From an uncultured bacterium (GTDB lineage Bacteria > CSSED10-310 > CAZUFC01), in contig CAZUFC010000005.1 of NCBI GenBank assembly GCA_964619725.1, positions 74,418 through 138,417 of the forward strand: a stretch of DNA of 64,000 bases. Reading direction: 5' to 3'. The translations under genes were made by a program, and so were the position numbers. The notes under the pieces were generated by a model that had not been told where the DNA came from, ran no database searches, and worked only from the letters and a program-made list of their open reading frames with translations. Shown here in pieces: positions 60,351-64,000 of this stretch (positions within the stretch are counted from its first letter, which is position 1; each line of letters begins with the position of its first letter).

Positions 60351-60720
60351 CTTAACCTGTTGAATTTTTCGGGATTGATCAAACGGTGATAACGCTTTTT
60401 CATAAAACGCTTGAATGATCAAAAACCCCTGTTTTTTCATCGTGGGACGTTCGTTTCGGAGTCGGGGCATGTATCGGTATCGGGGTCGGGGTCGATATCG
60501 TAATCGGTTCCGGGTCGGGATTGGTGTCAGGGTCGGGGTCGGTATCGCAATCGAAACAAAATGATAGACGATTCTGTCGAATTGTAACCTCAAAAGACGC
60601 TTTTTTGATCAATGCCGAAAACTGTAACCTCGAAATAGGGATATCTGAGCAGCGCCGAAATTCGGATGAATTGCAACCGCAAAAGAGGCCTTTTTGATCA
60701 ATGCCGGTTTTTCTTTGAAG
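60351..60720 (+). repeat. second, diverged copy of the 17951-18395 element
   Basis: Hexamer array GGGGTC/GGTATC followed by ATCGAAACAAAATGAT...GAATTGTAACCTCAAAAGACGC.TTTTTGATCAATGCCG, as at 18085-18152. Confidence 0.72.
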
Positions 60721-60769
60721 ACCGGAAGCCTGGTACATTCCGGTCGTAATCCTGGATTCGCCTCAACGA

Positions 60770-60798
60770 TTGACAGCGCGACTGCCCCTTAATATAAT
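60770..60798 (+). promoter_or_regulatory. consensus sigma70 promoter
   Basis: TTGACA-N17-TATAAT, perfect consensus, upstream of the polyprenyl synthase. Confidence 0.75.
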
Positions 60799-60852
60799 TC
60801 GCCGGCGTTTGTTTTGTCGATATTTTTAAGCGAATCGGAAAGGACCATCCGC

Positions 60853-61953
60853 ATGAGTTACGAGGAACTGTTTGCGTATACGAAGGAAGTGGAACGATGG
60901 ATACTGGCTTACATAGAGGAAAGCGACGTCAAGGATTATTTTAAGCCGGAGGACATATACGAAAGCGTTATGGATTATCCTTTCCGGCCTGCCAAGCGGA
61001 TGCGGCCATCCATGCTTCTGATTGCGTGCGGCAGCGTGGGCGGCGAGGAGCGCATCCGGGCGGCAGTCCCTGCGGCTGCAGGCGTAGAACTGTTTCATAC
61101 CTGGACGCTTGTGCATGATGACTTGATCGACAACGATCCTTTGCGGCGGGGCAAGCCTACCGTGCATGAAGCTATGTTTGAAAAAGCCCGGAAAAAATCA
61201 GGCTTTGATGAAAAAAAAGCCAAGGATTACGGGCGGGACATAGCGGTTTTGACGGGAGACCTTCAACACGGATGGTGCTCTTCCGCTTTTATCGACTGCG
61301 CATTATCCCCGGACGTCGATACTGAAACGGTCCTGAGAATCATGCGGTACCTCCAATCCACCGTCCTGGGACAGCTCGTCCGAGGCGAAGTCCTGGATAT
61401 CCAATACGGAATGATGGAAAACCAGGACATAGATAAAATCAATCAAAACCAGATCGTCACGATGCTGTGGTTGAAAACCGGCGTGCTCTTCGAATTCTCC
61501 GGCATGGCCGGCGCGCTCATCGGTAAAAATGCCCCCGATTTCGACGATGAACAGGTCCAAGCCGTTAAAAAATTCGCCGGCGCCTGCGGTACAGCCTTCC
61601 AACTGCAGGACGACGTCATCGGAATTGTCGGCGATGAAAAAACCCTCGGAAAACCCGTCGGCTCTGATATCAGAGAAGGCAAAAAAACCGTGGTCGTTTA
61701 CGAAAGCCTCAAAAACGCAGACGAATCTCAAAGGCAAACCATTCTAGCGGCTCTGGGAAATAAAAAAGCCACAAAAGAACAGGTGGAAAAGTGCAAGCGG
61801 CTGTTCGTGGAACTGGACGGCATAAATGAAACTAAAAAAATGGCCGAATCTTACATCAATAAAGCCATGCCCTACTTAAATGCACTGCAGAATTCAAAAT
61901 ATAAAAAATTGCTGACGCTGTGGGCAGAATTTATGATCAACAGGGAATATTGA
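60853..61953 (+). CDS. polyprenyl (probably geranylgeranyl) diphosphate synthase
   Basis: KRMRP, HTWTLVHDDLIDNDPLRRGKPTVH, KT, FQLQDD, GKPVGSDIREGKKT. Confidence 0.93.
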   Translation: MSYEELFAYTKEVERWILAYIEESDVKDYFKPEDIYESVMDYPFRPAKRMRPSMLLIACGSVGGEERIRAAVPAAAGVELFHTWTLVHDDLIDNDPLRRGKPTVHEAMFEKARKKSGFDEKKAKDYGRDIAVLTGDLQHGWCSSAFIDCALSPDVDTETVLRIMRYLQSTVLGQLVRGEVLDIQYGMMENQDIDKINQNQIVTMLWLKTGVLFEFSGMAGALIGKNAPDFDDEQVQAVKKFAGACGTAFQLQDDVIGIVGDEKTLGKPVGSDIREGKKTVVVYESLKNADESQRQTILAALGNKKATKEQVEKCKRLFVELDGINETKKMAESYINKAMPYLNALQNSKYKKLLTLWAEFMINREY

Positions 61954-62020
61954 GCCTGTTGAGCATACGGCCAAAAACGCTTTTTTGATCAACGCCGCAT
62001 CTTCAAAAACATCTACGGCT

Positions 62021-63406
62021 CTATTGCACATAGCCCAGCGCTTCAAGCGCTTTTCGCTGTTCTTCATCAATATCAACACACGATGACTTCAGTTTGAGTT
62101 GCTTTTTTAACTCAGCGCTGTCCCTCAAATGATCGGCTATCATGCCGTTGGATTCCCGCACCAGGTCCACATCTTCGTCGACGATATTATTACGCTCTTC
62201 AGGGTCTTTTTTGATATTATACATCTCATCGATTTCGTGCCGGTTGACCCTGTAGATCGCCTTATGATTCCCTTTAATCAACGCCAGTTTCGGCGGTCCT
62301 TTGAAACGGGGAGAAAGCTCCTCGGAAAAAACTTTATGATTTTTTATAGCCGCTTTTCCTATGTCAAGCAGGTTGCGGCCGTTGGTCTTGTATGGGAATT
62401 CGGTTCCGAGAAGAGCCAGCAGAGTAGTCGGGATGTCCATAAGGTCGACTTTGGCTTTCAACAGCTTTTTTTCTTTTTTTAATGAAAAACCTTCTGGGAA
62501 TTTAACGATCAGAGGAATCCGTATTTCTTCATTATAGACCGTGTGTCCGTGGCCGCAGTAGTTATGTTCAAAGAAGGCTTCGCCGTGGTCCGAGGTTATT
62601 ACGATAACGGAGTTTTCCATTAATCCCAGCGATTCGATCCTGTCCAGCGCTTCGCCGATGTGATGATCCGTATAAAGTATTTCCCCGTCATATTTATCGA
62701 TGTAATGATACAGGTTGTTGCCGTCGTTTTTGTCTTTGAATCTCTTCTGTTTCAGTTTGTTCGTTTCGATCTTTTTCAAGGGCCGCATCTTTTCGGATTC
62801 AAACGCCGTATCGTAGGGCGCCGGAGGTCGGTAGGGTCCATGAACATCCATATAATGCACATACAGATAAAAGGGCGACTGGTAATTGTCCTCAAGCCAG
62901 GACAACGCTTTTTCATTGGTATCCTCGGCTTCAGGCTTCCATCTTTTGTTAATCCTGTCATATCTGTCGAATCCCTGGTTGAATCCGTACCTGCCCTTGA
63001 TGGCATGATTGGCCACGAAAGCCCCGGTCCTGTACCCCAGCGCCTTCACCGCTTCGGCAAAAGTGACGATATTAGAAGGCAAAAGGTCAGCGCTGCTCCC
63101 GGCATGGCACAGCGTCTCGTGAACGGCTGGATAAAGCCCCGTAAATAATGAAGCGACCGATGGCGACGTCCAGGAACACTGAGCGTAAGCATCCTGAAAT
63201 ACAAGGTTTTCCCGCGCGAATTCAGCTATGTTGGGCGACGTTTCCCTTTCATAGTCGTAAATCGAGAGATGATCTCTGCGCAAAGCATCGATTACGATAA
63301 TGATGACGTTGTATTTCGGTGAGTTTACCTTGCTTGCCGTCCGGAAAAGAGGTCCAATGAACACAGCAAGCGAAAGGACAAAAATCAGCAAAGCTTTTTT
63401 ATTCAT
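62021..63406 (-). CDS. sulfatase-like hydrolase/transferase
   Basis: IDALRRDH, WTSPSVASLFTG (non-canonical, no CxPxR), HYMDVHGPY, SDHGE, LEALGY. Confidence 0.9.
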   Translation of the reverse strand: MNKKALLIFVLSLAVFIGPLFRTASKVNSPKYNVIIIVIDALRRDHLSIYDYERETSPNIAEFARENLVFQDAYAQCSWTSPSVASLFTGLYPAVHETLCHAGSSADLLPSNIVTFAEAVKALGYRTGAFVANHAIKGRYGFNQGFDRYDRINKRWKPEAEDTNEKALSWLEDNYQSPFYLYVHYMDVHGPYRPPAPYDTAFESEKMRPLKKIETNKLKQKRFKDKNDGNNLYHYIDKYDGEILYTDHHIGEALDRIESLGLMENSVIVITSDHGEAFFEHNYCGHGHTVYNEEIRIPLIVKFPEGFSLKKEKKLLKAKVDLMDIPTTLLALLGTEFPYKTNGRNLLDIGKAAIKNHKVFSEELSPRFKGPPKLALIKGNHKAIYRVNRHEIDEMYNIKKDPEERNNIVDEDVDLVRESNGMIADHLRDSAELKKQLKLKSSCVDIDEEQRKALEALGYVQ

Positions 63407-63516
63407 ATGCGATCAATCCCTCTCAGTCAGAAAAAATCCATGACTCGGGCAAGGCCGATTAGTCATACCCAAGATGTCATTTTACAAAATGAATGTCAAA
63501 TCGGCTTGGGTTCCGT

Positions 63517-63626
63517 GCGGACAGAGCGGACGGAGCGGACGGAGCGGACAGAGCGGACGAGGTTCATCCGGAATGTCCGCACTATCCGCTTAGTCTGCCA
63601 GGTCCGCTTCGTCCGCTCGTCCGCTT
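63517..63626. repeat. inverted pair of 9-bp tandem arrays (GCGGAC[A/G]GA x5 and complementary GTCCGC units)
   Basis: 63517-63560 forward units; 63575-63626 reverse-complement units. Confidence 0.8.
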
Positions 63627-63884
63627 CACCCCAAAAACGCCGAAGTTTTCTCGCAACTGGTGACGATGACTTCCTTCCGGGCTGCTTCTTTTTATTCTGT
63701 ATACGTCGTATCCTTTTTCCGCCAGTTGTTTTTCGTATTTCTCCAGGAGTTTTTTCGTTTTGGCGGTCAGACAGACGCCGCATGCGGGTTCGCCGACGTT
63801 TTCCCACTGGTCCAGTTTATCGCATATGAAATCCATTGCCTGGTTGAAATCGTCGAAATGTGTTGTTTCAGGATCCATGCCCAT
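63582..63884 (-). CDS. hypothetical protein or gene remnant
   Basis: 100-aa ORF with protein-like composition and CxxC; no clear RBS; 3' end runs into the repeat. Confidence 0.3.
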   Translation of the reverse strand: MGMDPETTHFDDFNQAMDFICDKLDQWENVGEPACGVCLTAKTKKLLEKYEKQLAEKGYDVYRIKRSSPEGSHRHQLRENFGVFGVKRTSGRSGPGRLSG

Positions 63885-63946
63885 TACCGGCGCTGATCAA
63901 ATGGGGGTACAAATTGTCGAGACACGAGAACAAATTTATGTGAAAG

Positions 63947-63982
63947 CCTGGGGTTAAGCGAGCTTGCGAGCGCAACCCCAGG
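63947..63982. repeat. REP-like palindrome CCTGGGGTT...AACCCCAGG
   Basis: Perfect 9-bp outer stem around GCGAGCTTGCGAGCGC. Confidence 0.55.
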
Positions 63983-64000
63983 TAAGAACACAAAATAAAA

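Overview
Bacterial chromosomal window (roughly mid-GC, dense coding). I recognised no rRNA, tRNA, CRISPR array or transposase. Housekeeping genes include lemA (partial), an mglA-family GTPase, two tldD/pmbA pairs, hppA, nifU-nifS, argF, a long minus-strand run (NTPase-SRPBCC-B12 radical SAM-pgsA-rimO-pgpA-cinA-thpR-recA, then pilT and a DnaJ-TPR gene), a pfkB kinase, a polyprenyl synthase and a sulfatase-like gene. They are interspersed with many large secreted proteins. The strongest signal is a shared ~120-aa C-terminal domain (xxxMPxxxFxPGD...LFxILDVYGxYxFxP...PFxWP...FxW) on four otherwise unrelated signal-peptide proteins. It looks like an unnamed export or surface-sorting domain, analogous to the T9SS CTD. 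Three other secreted proteins end in an IPTL-CTERM-like tail. Other observations: an operon of a DxxGxDxY-repeat protein, a HEAT protein and a stand-alone secretin N-domain; a Tat-signal TldD co-located with nifU/nifS; a MITE-like element; REP-like repeats; a candidate antisense sRNA; and a sawtooth G/C skew that resets at intergenic regions. All calls come from reading the sequence and recalled family motifs. No searches were run.
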